Source: Candidatus Multivorans sp.
Lineage (GTDB): Bacteria; Acidobacteriota; Thermoanaerobaculia; Multivoradales; Multivoraceae
Assembly (NCBI GenBank): GCA_965224025.1
Contig: OZ245033.1
Location: 2,496,001-2,560,000 of the forward strand
Length of the DNA: 64,000 nt
Direction: 5' to 3'
Shown: piece by piece, positions 1 to 9,673 of the stretch
How positions within the stretch are numbered: position 1 is the first letter of the stretch
Layout: each line of letters opens with the position of its first letter
Position numbers and translations under genes: made by a program
Notes under the pieces: generated by a model
What the model saw: only the letters and a program-made list of their open reading frames with translations
The model's database searches: none
What the model was told of the DNA's origin: nothing

Positions 1-210
1 CCGCACGGGTGCGCCGTCGACGTGGAGTTCGAAGTCGCTCGCCTGGAGTCCCCGGATCCGGTTCCCCTTCCTGTCGGTGACGACGACCTCGACGTTCACG
101 ACGCGGACGTCGATCACGTCGGCGAAGAGATCCGGCAGGGGGCTCTCCTGGCCCGCGGCCGGTACGGCGGCCAGGAGCAGCGCTGCGGTCGTCGCGCGAA
201 GGAGCCTCAC
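1..210 (-). CDS. VWA-domain (acidobacterial VWFA-related) secreted protein, N-terminal part; runs off the window
   Basis: Manual translation from GTG at 210 (overlapping the upstream TGA): MRLLRATTAALLLAAVPAAGQESPLPDLFADVIDVRVVNVEVVVTDRKGNRIRGLQASDF. Closely similar to the N-terminus of 1009..2391. Confidence 0.8.
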   Translation of the reverse strand, partial: MRLLRATTAALLLAAVPAAGQESPLPDLFADVIDVRVVNVEVVVTDRKGNRIRGLQASDFELHVDGAPVR

Positions 211-982
211 CTGGCGCCCTCCGGCGAGGCGCCCGTTCCCGTTCCCAGCTCGCCGCTTGCCGACAGGATCGCGCCCGACAGGGGATCGTAGACGGCAACG
301 ACGTAGCGGTGTGTGCGCTTGCGCATCAGGAGGTCCGTCTCGTAGACGAAGGTCTCTCCGGGTGGCGGCGTCTCCGAACCGAGGATCGGGATCTTGCTGA
401 CCGGGGTTTCGGACCGTGCACCGTGTTCGTCGATCAGGGTGACCCGGAACTCCAGCTCGTTCATCCACTGCTCGCCTACCGGCAGCAAGGTCAGATCGTC
501 GAGTGGAATCGTGACCTCCATCGGCACGAAGATCTTCCTGAACCTGGCTTTCCGCGAGGCGCCGAAGCGCACATCCAGGGCTTCGGCGCCGGGGGCGCCG
601 CCGAACAGCAGGTTGCCTTCGACCAGCATCGTGAGCTCGGTGCTTCTCGACGGGTCCATGTAGTTACGGCGTGACCGGACCCGGAAATCGCTGCGTCCGA
701 CCAACCGCACGTCGATGTCGTGAAGTTCGTCGTTCTGTTCGCGTGCCGGCTCGAATCCCAGCCAGTAGTAGGAGCGCGTGTCGGCTGCCGCGTCCGCCAG
801 GGCTGTGCTGCGCGCCGCGTTGATCATGGCTACGCCGCCGGTTTCCCGGGCGAGGAACTCGAAGGCGGCGTGCTGGGAGGGTTCGAGATTCACCCAACGC
901 CCATTGGAGGAGCGGCCGGCGTAGGCCAGGTTACTCCGTTGGCCGATCTCCTGGACGGTAAAGTTGGAGGAGCGGCCGGCGT
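207..982 (-). pseudogene. C-terminal half of a VWA-domain paralog, N-terminus lost
   Basis: LARETGG...YYWLGFEP...FRVRSR motifs are paralogous to 1009..2391. There is no signal peptide or DxxxxR MIDAS region, and it is joined to the upstream paralog near 983. Confidence 0.7.
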
Positions 983-2391
983 CTCCGACCTGTCGCCGTG
1001 TTCGTCGATCAGGGCGACCCGAACTCCAGTTCGTTCATCCAGTGGCTGCCCATCGGCAGGAGTTTCACGTCGTCGAGAGGAATCGACACAACCATCGGCA
1101 CCTCGATCTTCCTGAAACCAGCCTTGCGAGGCGTGCCGAAGCGTGCGTCCAGGACGTCCTGGCCCGGCGAGTCGTCAAACAGCAGGGCACCTTCGACGAG
1201 CATCGTGACCTCGGCGCCCCTGGACATGTCCAGGAAGTGCTTTCGCGTGCGAACGCGGAGGCCGCGGCGCCCGACCAGCCGCACTCCGATGTCGTGAAGC
1301 TCGTCGTCTTCTTCGCGAGGAGCTTCGAAGCCGAACCAGTAGTAGGAGCGGGTGTCCCTTGCGGTCTCTGCGAAGGCTCGGTCGCGGTACGAATCGATCA
1401 TCGGCAGTCCGCCAGTCTGGCTGGCCAGAAACCGGAGGACGCCGTGCCCGCCTCGTCTCCCGCACCACCGAAGCGAGGCGGACGGGATTCTGGATGACCG
1501 GTAGGACGTGCCCAGGGTCCAGCCGCGGGAGTCGCTGGTGGAAGACGCTGTCTTACGCCCAAACACGCCGGAGGACGACGAACACGTGACCAGGTCCCTG
1601 AATCCGGGAAGATCGATCGGATAGAGGCTGTAGCCGACCTGGTTCGCGGCATGGACAAGTGGACCGTACAGGTTCTCCCTGTCTGTTTGAGGTGGTCCAG
1701 GTTCGGTGATGCTCCGAACGCCGGCCGACGTGCTCCAGCCGTCGGTCAGGAGAAGCGCCACCTTTCGGCCGGGAGCGCCGGCGAAACTGCGAACCGTGGC
1801 GGTAGCGGCCATCACGGCCTTCCGGACCTGATGCGCCCCCGAGTGGCGTAGCCTCGCGTGGCCATGTGCCCCGCGCTGCCGCGCTTGAACCAGGGCCTGC
1901 TCGATCTCCTGGCGGGAGTCGGTCCAGTCGGTGAGCCGGGCAACGTCTCTGCCATCGAAAGCGACAACCGCAAGGCGATCCGCCGGGTTCAGCAGAACGA
2001 GATCCTGCTCCAGGCGGCGCGGCACCCGGTTGCGGTGCTGCCGGACCGCGTGCAGGTCGTCGATGAAGATGAGATAGCTCGTGCCCACCGGTTCGTCCAT
2101 GACCAGGGACGGGACTCCCCCGACTCCGTCTTCGAACGGGCCTCGCGCGTAGCCTTCGTCGACCTCGGTGAAGTAACTGACCGGCACTGGTTCGCCGTCG
2201 ACCAGAAGTTCGAAGTCCTTCGCTTCGAGAGCTCGGATCCGATTGCCATTCCGGTCCGTGACGACGACCTCGACGTTGACGACCCGGACGTCGACTACTT
2301 CGGAGAACAGGTCGGGCAGGGGGCTCTCCTGTCCCCAGACGGGGACGGCTGCGACACAGAAGATGACAGCGGCCGCTGAACCCAGCCTCAT
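983..2391 (-). pseudogene. VWA-domain secreted protein, 3'-truncated and frameshifted
   Basis: Signal peptide, VDVRVVNVEVVVTD, IFIDD, RKVALLLTDGW, LASQTGG. A frameshift near 1020 (ELEF|RVALIDEHGDRSETP) is followed by loss of the last ~50 codons seen in the paralog. Confidence 0.75.
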
Positions 2392-2461
2392 CGAGTCTCC
2401 CTGGCTGTCCTGTGGTTCAAGACAGTGTGCTGAGCAGCAACACGCGTGCCAAGGCCGTCGT

Positions 2462-2579
2462 TCAGCGAGGTGTCTCCACGCGCATGTGGGGCGCGAACGC
2501 GGCGAAGTCGCATACGTTCCAGGTGAGAATCGATTCGGCTTCGCCTATGAGCGCGGCTCGCGCGAGTCGTCGCGATCAT
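2462..2579 (-). pseudogene. PIN/VapC toxin remnant
   Basis: An alternate frame reads ARAALIGEAESILTWNVCDFAAFAPHMRVETPR*, a typical PIN C-terminus (ILTWN.xDF), directly after an antitoxin-like gene. Confidence 0.5.
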
Positions 2580-2760
2580 CGCGCGTGCGGATTTCATCGA
2601 TGACGGCGGCCGTTTCCGCCTGGGTCAAAGCCGCCGGTGTTCTTCCTCGCGGCACCGCGACGACGAACGAGCCGCGCCGTTCGAGCCTGGCGTCCATTCG
2701 GCCGGGCTCGATGTGGGCGTCGTCGCCGGGCCGACGAACTGGTTTGTCGATCTTCGCCAT
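2545..2760 (-). CDS. AbrB/MazE-like antitoxin (possibly degenerate)
   Basis: Small protein MAKIDK...IEPG...LERRGSFVVAVP...LTQAETAAVIDEIR. TATCGT -10-like hexamer 7 nt upstream. Confidence 0.45.
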   Translation of the reverse strand: MAKIDKPVRRPGDDAHIEPGRMDARLERRGSFVVAVPRGRTPAALTQAETAAVIDEIRTRDDRDDSREPRS

Positions 2761-2845
2761 GGCGGAGACGATACCGCTTCTCCTCTCGCGCAGGCTGAGC
2801 CTTCCAAGAGGCCGGGAGGGGACCCGGGAGGCTCGTCGGACAAGG

Positions 2846-4309
2846 TCAACGGCGAACCTGAGCGAGTCGCCGGCGGAGCCGCGAGGCATCGGGGCGCCCC
2901 GCTTCCTCGGCGAGGTCGAGCGCCTTCTCGAGCTGCGCGGCGGCGGGGTCGTCGAGTCCCGAGGCCGCCATTGCTTCGGCCACGTTCTCGAGGAGCTGAA
3001 TCAGAGCGCCCCGGGTCGAGGGATCCTGGGGGCGCGCGCCGTAGGCGCGGTCCAGTGTCTCCACGGTACGAACGACGTCGCCTCGTTCCGCACTGATCAG
3101 GGCGACGAGGAGCATCATGTTCACGTCGCCGGCGGCCCGTTCCAGAGCTTCGTCCGCCATTGCCAGGGCTCCGGTCTGATCGCCGCTCTGGAAGAGGGCG
3201 CGGGCCAGGAAGGCAGCGACGCCTTCGAGTTCCGGGTGCAGGTCGTACGCACGGCGGGCAGCCGCGAGCGAGCCCGGCTGGTCGCCCGATGCCGCGAGCA
3301 CTTCGGCGAGGGCGAAGTGGAACTCGGGCCGCAAGGCGTCGACTTGGATGCCGGCCAGGAGCTCGCGCTGCGCGAGGTCGAGTTCGCCGTGGACGCGGTG
3401 GGCGTTCGCGCGGCGCAGGTAGCTCCGAGCGTCGAGCGCTAGTTCGTGGACGCTGGAGCGGATCGGGTCGTTGCGGTAGTTGATTCGTCCCAGTGAACGC
3501 GCGGCGGCGGCGATCTGTTGCCCGCGTTCGCGGTCGCCGGCCCGGGCATGCGCCTGTGCGAGGGTGACGGCGAACGATCGGTTCTCGGGCGCCAGTTCGC
3601 GGGCGCGTGACAAGTGTCGGACGGCGGCGTCCGCGTCGCCTGCGGCGAGGGCCAGCCGGCCCAGGCCGGCGTGGGCGTGGGCGTTGGCCGGCATGAGTCG
3701 GGCGGCCTGCTCGTACTCCCCGGTGGCGGCGTCGAACCGGCCAGCCCGCTCCAGGGCCTCGGCGTAGCGGGCGCGGCCGGGAGCGTAGTCGGGGTCGAGG
3801 TCGAGGGCGGCGCGGTAGAGCGGAAGGCTGTCCGCGGCGGAACGCTCGTCGATCAGGGCGGCGAGGAGGTAGGGCCAGCGGAAGGTCCGTGGTGACAGCT
3901 CGTGGGCCTGCCGGTAGGCGGCGATCGCTTCTTCGGTGAAGGTGTGCGCTTCGAGTGCCATGCCGTAGCCGCCCCAGGTGTCGCCGCTTTGGGCGTTGGC
4001 GCGGAGGTCGGCCTGGAGGGTTGTGAGCCGTTGGCGAACGGCGGGTTCGGCGCCGTCGAGTTGGGGGGTGGGGATCTGTTGGGCGGGGAGGGTGGCGGCG
4101 GTGGTGAGGAGAAGAATGGTTGCGAACGAGAGTCGCGGAGACCGGCGCGCGGGCGCGCCGGATGCCGGCCGGAGGCCGGCGTACGCAGCGGGAGGTCTCG
4201 GCTTCAGGGAAGGCGTAGCGCTGCCGCAACGTCGCCGGCCGGAGGCCGGCGTACTCAGCGGGCGGGTGTCGCCGGGCCGAGGCTCTCTGCGCGTTTGTCG
4301 GGTCGTCAC
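2846..4309 (-). CDS. Tetratricopeptide repeat protein (secreted)
   Basis: Multiple TPR-like helical repeats (EEAIAAYRQAHELSP, ALDLDPDYAP, ARELAPEN). GTG at 4309 overlaps the upstream TGA. Hydrophobic signal ILLLTTAATLPA. Confidence 0.8.
   Translation of the reverse strand: MTTRQTRREPRPGDTRPLSTPASGRRRCGSATPSLKPRPPAAYAGLRPASGAPARRSPRLSFATILLLTTAATLPAQQIPTPQLDGAEPAVRQRLTTLQADLRANAQSGDTWGGYGMALEAHTFTEEAIAAYRQAHELSPRTFRWPYLLAALIDERSAADSLPLYRAALDLDPDYAPGRARYAEALERAGRFDAATGEYEQAARLMPANAHAHAGLGRLALAAGDADAAVRHLSRARELAPENRSFAVTLAQAHARAGDRERGQQIAAAARSLGRINYRNDPIRSSVHELALDARSYLRRANAHRVHGELDLAQRELLAGIQVDALRPEFHFALAEVLAASGDQPGSLAAARRAYDLHPELEGVAAFLARALFQSGDQTGALAMADEALERAAGDVNMMLLVALISAERGDVVRTVETLDRAYGARPQDPSTRGALIQLLENVAEAMAASGLDDPAAAQLEKALDLAEEAGRPDASRLRRRLAQVRR
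4142..4262. repeat. REP-like GC-rich palindrome cluster (29-bp direct repeat x2 plus hairpins)
   Basis: GCCGGCCGGAGGCCGGCGTAC(G/T)CAGCGGG at 4164-4192 and 4234-4262. Hairpin CCGGCGCGC-GG-GCGCGCCGG at 4142-4161. Confidence 0.75.
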
Positions 4310-6117
4310 GGTGTCTGTCCTTCGCCGCGGATGAGCTCGATGACTTGGTTGGCGGCGGCGCCGTCGAAGGTCTCGGCGAGGCCGTCGGGCCAGACGACGT
4401 CGAAGCTCTCGACGGAGTCGGCGGTGCCGAGTCCGAGGTGTGCCGTTGCCGGGCCGGCGGAGAGGTAACTGCCGGGAGGCAGGACGTGGAGCAGCCGCGC
4501 GCCAACTGCGGTGTGGGCGGTGATCCGGGCGCCGATCGCTTCGCGGTTGAGGCGCGGATCGATGGCGCGGATCTGGAGCCAGTTGGCGGCGCCGGTTTCT
4601 TCGCCGGGACCGTCGGGGTCGATGGTCAGGTTGCGCAGCAACTGGATATGCCCGTCCAGGTTGGCGATCACCAGGTCGAGGTCGCCGTCGCGGTCCAGGT
4701 CGGTGGGAACGAGCGCCCGGCTGAGGCCGAGCTCGGTCCAGGGCAGCTCGGAGGAGGCGTCGGTGAAGCGTCCGCCCTGGTTGATCAGGAGCAGATTGGG
4801 TTCGACGTAGTCGGACCAGAATGCGGGCAGGATGCCCGGGTGCCATCCGGGCGCCCGATGACGGGCGCCCGGACTGGTTCGCGGGTGGCGCTGGAGAGCG
4901 CCACCCGGGTTCCCGGGCGGCGTCAGTGCGGAGGGCCGCCGTTTGACGGCGCCGTTGGCGACCGCGATGTCGAGATCGCCGTCGTTGTCGGCGTCGAAGA
5001 AGGCGGCGCCGAAACCGGTCAGATCGAGGCTGGCGGCGCCGAGGTCGGATTCGATCGTCGCGTCCTCAAAGCCGGGCAGCATGAGATTGCGGTAGTACGT
5101 GTTCGTCTCGGTGATCAGGTGGGTAACGAACAGGTCGAGGTCGAGGTCGAGGTCCGCGTCGCCGGTGGCGATGCCCATGCCGGCCTCGCTGTTGCCCCAA
5201 CGGTTGAAGGCCGACCCCTGGAGAACGCCCTCGTCGACGAAGCTGGCGCCGCCCTGGTTGACCCACAGGTTGTTCGGGTCGGCGTCGTTCGCCACGTAGA
5301 GGTCCATCTCGCCATTGTGGTCGAAGTCGGCGGCGACGACGCCCAGGCCGGCATCGGAGACCATCGAGATGCCGGCTGAGGCGCTCACGTCCTCGAAACC
5401 GGCGCCGCCCCGGTTGTGCAGCAGCACGTCGCTCAGTCCCTCGAACTCGGTCGGCCCGCAGAAATCGCGCCGGCCGCCGTGCTGGGAGCAGACCCGCTCC
5501 GGGTCGAAGGCGACGTAGCGGGCGACGTAGACGTCCAGATAGCCGTCACGGTCGAAGTCGAGCAGGGCGGCGGAGGAGGACCAGCCGGGTGTGGCCGCGC
5601 CCCATGCCTCGCTCCGATCCGTGAAGACACCGTCGCCGTCATTCAGCAGCAGACGGTCGGGACCGACGCGGGTCATGTAGAGATCGAGATCGCCGTCGTT
5701 GTCGAGGTCGCCGGCGGCGGCGCCCATGCCGTCGCCATCCAGCCCGGCCGCCGTCGTTGCGTCGGTGAAGCGGCCGTCGTCCTGTTGCTGGTAGAACCGG
5801 CTGCCGGAGTCTTCGGAGGCTCGCGTTGGTGCGATCAGGTAGAGGTCGAGATCACCGTCGCTGTCGGCGTCGAAGACCGCGACGCCGCCGCCCATCACGG
5901 CCGGCATGGGGTAGGTCGAGTCCGTGCCGGTCCTGTAGATGAAGTCGATGCCGCTCGCGGCGGCTACATCGACGAAGCGGGCGGCCACGGCGGCCGCCGC
6001 CGGACCGGCGACGGACGTCGGGTCCGTTGGTCCGGAAGCCGGGTCCGAGGGCGGCGAGCAGCCGCCCGCCAACGCGCTGAGGAGGCCTATCCAGAAGCCC
6101 GTATCCGCTGCCCGCAT
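4306..6117 (-). CDS. CRTAC1/ASPIC-UnbV family FG-GAP repeat lipoprotein
   Basis: Repeated DxDxDGDLDL motifs, AGMG, C-terminal NREAIGARI...HLGLG...VVWPDG (UnbV-ASPIC). Lipobox-like LAGGC. Confidence 0.9.
   Translation of the reverse strand: MRAADTGFWIGLLSALAGGCSPPSDPASGPTDPTSVAGPAAAAVAARFVDVAAASGIDFIYRTGTDSTYPMPAVMGGGVAVFDADSDGDLDLYLIAPTRASEDSGSRFYQQQDDGRFTDATTAAGLDGDGMGAAAGDLDNDGDLDLYMTRVGPDRLLLNDGDGVFTDRSEAWGAATPGWSSSAALLDFDRDGYLDVYVARYVAFDPERVCSQHGGRRDFCGPTEFEGLSDVLLHNRGGAGFEDVSASAGISMVSDAGLGVVAADFDHNGEMDLYVANDADPNNLWVNQGGASFVDEGVLQGSAFNRWGNSEAGMGIATGDADLDLDLDLFVTHLITETNTYYRNLMLPGFEDATIESDLGAASLDLTGFGAAFFDADNDGDLDIAVANGAVKRRPSALTPPGNPGGALQRHPRTSPGARHRAPGWHPGILPAFWSDYVEPNLLLINQGGRFTDASSELPWTELGLSRALVPTDLDRDGDLDLVIANLDGHIQLLRNLTIDPDGPGEETGAANWLQIRAIDPRLNREAIGARITAHTAVGARLLHVLPPGSYLSAGPATAHLGLGTADSVESFDVVWPDGLAETFDGAAANQVIELIRGEGQTP
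4824..4907. repeat. Three stacked hairpins inside the CRTAC1 CDS
   Basis: CGGGCA-GGA-TGCCCG (4824-4838), TCCGGGCGCCCG-ATGA-CGGGCGCCCGGA (4846-4873), CGGGTGGCGCT-GGAG-AGCGCCACCCG (4882-4907). Confidence 0.8.
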
Positions 6118-6198
6118 CGCTTGATTCTGTACCAGGGCGAGCGCCGGGTTCAGCAGCCTTCGGCCGCCGTCATCAGGTGGCGCGAGCGAAGCCGATTC

Positions 6199-6606
6199 CT
6201 ACTGCCAGGCTCCCTGGATGGCCCCAACGATCGCGAAGCCGATCGTCAGGTGCGCCGCGTTGATCAACCACAGCTTGAGGGACTTCTGCTCGTGCAGGTA
6301 GTTGACGCCCATCATCACCGAAGCGACGCCAAGGCCGAGGAGCAGACCGGTGTGGATTCCGGCCATGTAGCCCTCGCCGCCCATTTCGGCCATCAGCATG
6401 CCGACGACGATGGCCGCGACCAGTTCGAGCACGAAGGTGCCACCCATCGTCTGGACCATGTTGACCTCGGGCGGGTTCTCCGTATCGATCCCCAGTTCGG
6501 CGGCCCATGCCTTACCGAACAGGACGGAGTACCAGAGGGCTCCGAGGGCGTAGAAGGCAACGGCGGACACGATCACGGCGAGCCAGTTCAGGTCGGCGAG
6601 ATGCAT
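6199..6606 (-). CDS. DUF1761 family membrane protein
   Basis: NWLAVIVSAVAFYALGALWYSVLFGKAW...LWLINAAH, four hydrophobic segments. AAGGAG RBS. Confidence 0.85.
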   Translation of the reverse strand: MHLADLNWLAVIVSAVAFYALGALWYSVLFGKAWAAELGIDTENPPEVNMVQTMGGTFVLELVAAIVVGMLMAEMGGEGYMAGIHTGLLLGLGVASVMMGVNYLHEQKSLKLWLINAAHLTIGFAIVGAIQGAWQ

Positions 6607-6679
6607 GGGCACACTCCTTTCGGATGTTACTCGTAACTTTCAGTGTAGCTTCTGCTTTGAGGAGTGCAAGCTGGTGCGG

Positions 6680-7150
6680 CTACTCCTCCGGCACGCCGAA
6701 GTGCTCGACCATGTAGGCGTCGCAGGGGCCTGCAAGAAAGTCGAGGAAGATCTCGTTGACGAGCTTGACCGCCCTGGTGGCGGCGTAGTCGAGGTCGCCG
6801 TCGAGGCAGCGCAACTCGATCGATACGGAGCCGGCCCGGTTCCGACAGCCGGCGTTCGCCTTGGCCGGGTCGAGACGGCGGTGCTCCGGCAGATCCTCGC
6901 TGCTGCGGGCCGCGACGTACGACCGGAGCGCCCGGTCCATGACCGACGGATAGGGAATGCCGGGCAGGAGGTCGACGAAGACGAGGGTGCCGCGCCGCGG
7001 GTCGAACCGCAGCCGATGCGGCTCCGGTGCGTGCCAGAGAAATCTGCACTCCAGGCCGCCCCCACGCGTTGTTCCGGCCCCGAATCCCCGAAAGATCCCC
7101 CGGTCGGCGTACTTCTGCAAGCAGGCAAGCACCGTCTCGGGCGGGGTCAT
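6680..7150 (-). CDS. Hypothetical protein
   Basis: 156-aa ORF co-oriented with its neighbours, with protein-like composition and typical codon bias. Confidence 0.65.
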   Translation of the reverse strand: MTPPETVLACLQKYADRGIFRGFGAGTTRGGGLECRFLWHAPEPHRLRFDPRRGTLVFVDLLPGIPYPSVMDRALRSYVAARSSEDLPEHRRLDPAKANAGCRNRAGSVSIELRCLDGDLDYAATRAVKLVNEIFLDFLAGPCDAYMVEHFGVPEE

Positions 7151-7184
7151 CCGAAGACCCTCCGGAAGCGGGTGAGTCGCCGTT

Positions 7185-9170
7185 TCAGTGGTAGTAGGCC
7201 ATGCAGCCGGGCTCGACCTTGCGGGGCAGGCCGGGCGGGTAATCGTTGGTCCAGAACTCCTTGATCGCCTGGCAGTTGATGAGCGTCGAGACGCCGTCCC
7301 TGGCGGCCATCTCGTAGCTCCTGGGCAGGGCCTCCCGCAGTTGCTCGGGCGAGGTGACGTACTCGCCGCGGGCGCCCAGGCCTTCGGCGATCTTGTCGTA
7401 GCGCAGGTTCTCCTGGAACAGGTACATGTGCATCGAGCGGGTGGCCCGCCGCGCCGATCCGTACACGCCCCAGGCGTTGTTGTTGTAGACCAGCACGACC
7501 GCGGGAATCTTGTACTTCGCCAGCGTCTCGAACTCCATGCCGGAGTAGCCGACGCCGGCGTCGCCGGTGACGGCGAAGACGGGCGCGCCGCGATAGGGCG
7601 CCTGCGGACCCACTCCGTTCATCACCGCCGCGCCGGCGCCTACGGTGTAGCCGACGTCCGGGCCGATCGCGCCGTACTGGTAGGCGCCGTTCAGGATCTG
7701 CCCCGGCCGGTGGGCGCGCAGCCAGCGGCGCGTGTAGCGGGCGATGCCGTAACCGCCGGAGACCACGGTCGTCTGCTCCTTCGGCAGATCGCCGGAGTAG
7801 AGGAAGGACGAAAGCTCCTGCGCGATCACCGCCGGGTGGATCGAGTCCGTGGCGGCGCTGTGCTTCAGGCCGAGTTCGTACCACTCCGCGTTCTGCTTCG
7901 CGAACGCCTCGCGGGCGGCCGCGAGTTCGGTGCGCCAGGCCGGACGCGCCGCGGACGGCAGCGCCTCGGCGAGCGCTTCGAGCCCGCCGCGGGCGCTGGC
8001 GACGAGACCGAGATCGACGGGCAGGTTGCGGCCGATGTCGGCGGCGTCGGGATCGATGCGGATGACCTTGGCGTCCGGGTCGAAAGCGACCTCGCCGACG
8101 TTGGGCATCGAATACTGGCCGGCGAAGATCACGAGATCGGCCGAGAGCAAGGCGTCGGGTCCGGTGCTCGCCGAGAGCGGGTGGCTGTCGGGGAAGTGAC
8201 CGCGCATGGCCCCGGACTCGACCACCGCGATGTCGGCGCGCTCGGCCACGGCGCGGAGCACGTCCCACGCCCGGTCGTAGAAGACGCCGGTCGAGGCGAC
8301 GATGATCGGCCGCTCGGCCTTCTGGATCATCTCCACCGCCTTCGCCGTGTCGGCCCTGGACGGGTAGGGGTGGGCTTCGGTGCGGTACGTGCTCTTGTCG
8401 TGGTAGTAGAGCAGGTCGTCCGGCGTGTCGAACTGGGCTCGCGCGACCTCGCCGGTGAAGTCGAGGTGGACCGGGCGCGGTACGCCGGACCGCAGGTGCC
8501 GGAAAGCGTAGGCGGCGTACTCGTAGACCCGGTTCGGGGTGATCAACCGCTTGCCGTACTTCTTCATCCCGACCGTGGTCGGCTGCTGGTAGCCGCGCTG
8601 GATACCGCGCTCCGTGTCGTCGCCGCCGACGGTCATGTTGCTGGCCAGCACCAGAAGCGGCGTGCGTGCGGCGTTCGCGGCGCCGATGTTCATGATCATG
8701 TTCGTGAACCCGGGCCCCTCGGTGCCCGAGCAGGCGGCGACCTCGCCGGTGACCCGGGTGAAGCCGTCGGCGGCGGCGCACATGCTGCCCTCGGTGCGGC
8801 CGCCGTAAGTGGGGACGCCCTCGGCGGCGATTGCGTTAATCACCTGGTAGTTGCCGGGCGCGCAGAACAGCGCCTTCAGACCCTCGTGGGCGCAGGCTCG
8901 GGCGAAGACCTGAGCGCCGTTCATCGGGAACTCGGCCGGGTCGGGCGCCTCGCCCAGAGTGCGCGGGATGTCCTCGGGGATCGAGATCGGCCGCTCCTCG
9001 CGGTCGACGGCGGCGGCCCTGGCCTGGTTGGCGAACAGGGCGGCGGCGCCGACGCCGGCGGCGCTCGTAGCGACGAATCTGCGGCGAGAAACCGAGGAGC
9101 CCTTCCCCGGCTCTCCGACCTGGCCCTTCTCGGTGGTCTGGGTCTCGGGCGTACGTTGGGTCTCGCTCAT
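7185..9170 (-). CDS. Thiamine diphosphate-dependent enzyme (acetolactate synthase/oxalyl-CoA decarboxylase superfamily) with a twin-arginine signal
   Basis: [18 protein letters not shown], ThDP motif GDAG...YNNNAWG. N-terminal [25 protein letters not shown]. Confidence 0.85.
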   Translation of the reverse strand: MSETQRTPETQTTEKGQVGEPGKGSSVSRRRFVATSAAGVGAAALFANQARAAAVDREERPISIPEDIPRTLGEAPDPAEFPMNGAQVFARACAHEGLKALFCAPGNYQVINAIAAEGVPTYGGRTEGSMCAAADGFTRVTGEVAACSGTEGPGFTNMIMNIGAANAARTPLLVLASNMTVGGDDTERGIQRGYQQPTTVGMKKYGKRLITPNRVYEYAAYAFRHLRSGVPRPVHLDFTGEVARAQFDTPDDLLYYHDKSTYRTEAHPYPSRADTAKAVEMIQKAERPIIVASTGVFYDRAWDVLRAVAERADIAVVESGAMRGHFPDSHPLSASTGPDALLSADLVIFAGQYSMPNVGEVAFDPDAKVIRIDPDAADIGRNLPVDLGLVASARGGLEALAEALPSAARPAWRTELAAAREAFAKQNAEWYELGLKHSAATDSIHPAVIAQELSSFLYSGDLPKEQTTVVSGGYGIARYTRRWLRAHRPGQILNGAYQYGAIGPDVGYTVGAGAAVMNGVGPQAPYRGAPVFAVTGDAGVGYSGMEFETLAKYKIPAVVLVYNNNAWGVYGSARRATRSMHMYLFQENLRYDKIAEGLGARGEYVTSPEQLREALPRSYEMAARDGVSTLINCQAIKEFWTNDYPPGLPRKVEPGCMAYYH

Positions 9171-9172
9171 TG

Positions 9173-9643
9173 TCAGTTCTCCAGGATCTGGACGGACCCT
9201 TCGAGGGGCGGTTTCTTCGGCCGCATCTCCTTTGGACCGATGCTCCGCAGGTAATGGACGAGGTCCCATATCTCGTCGTTGTCGAGTTCCTCTTCGAACG
9301 GCGGCATGTCGAGGCCGGCGCCGAACTTCGTGCTGCGGAAGAGGTCGCCGTCGGTGGTCCCGAATCGCCAGCGCTCGGGGTCGGTGAGGTCGGCGGCCTC
9401 AAAGTCGATGTTCTCGAGCGCGCGACCGTCGAAGCCGTGGCAGATCTGGCAGTGCCGCAGGTAGTGGGTGCGGCCGCTCTTCGCCGCGGTCTGCGTGTAC
9501 GGCGTGGGGTTCGCGGCTACCACGACGTCCTCCGCCGGTTTGCCGCCGATGGTCGCGTCGGTCTGGCCGGCCGCGGCCGCGGCCGCGGCAAGGCAGAGCG
9601 ACGCGAACGTCGCTTCGCGGAGCGCTTTGAGGACGACTGTCAT
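9173..9643 (-). CDS. Monoheme c-type cytochrome
   Basis: Signal peptide, CQICHG heme motif, distal [15 protein letters not shown]. Confidence 0.9.
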   Translation of the reverse strand: MTVVLKALREATFASLCLAAAAAAAGQTDATIGGKPAEDVVVAANPTPYTQTAAKSGRTHYLRHCQICHGFDGRALENIDFEAADLTDPERWRFGTTDGDLFRSTKFGAGLDMPPFEEELDNDEIWDLVHYLRSIGPKEMRPKKPPLEGSVQILEN

Positions 9644-9673
9644 CGGAGGGACCGGGACAGTGTACCGCCGGAC

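Noticed and set aside
904-982. 19-bp direct repeats 60 bp apart as a mini-CRISPR
   Set aside because: Only two copies, in frame as a peptide repeat (AGRSSN), with no cas genes or leader.
4164-4262. 29-bp palindromic repeats with a 41-bp spacer as CRISPR
   Set aside because: Two copies only, GC-rich REP-like, and a related copy is dispersed near 41800.
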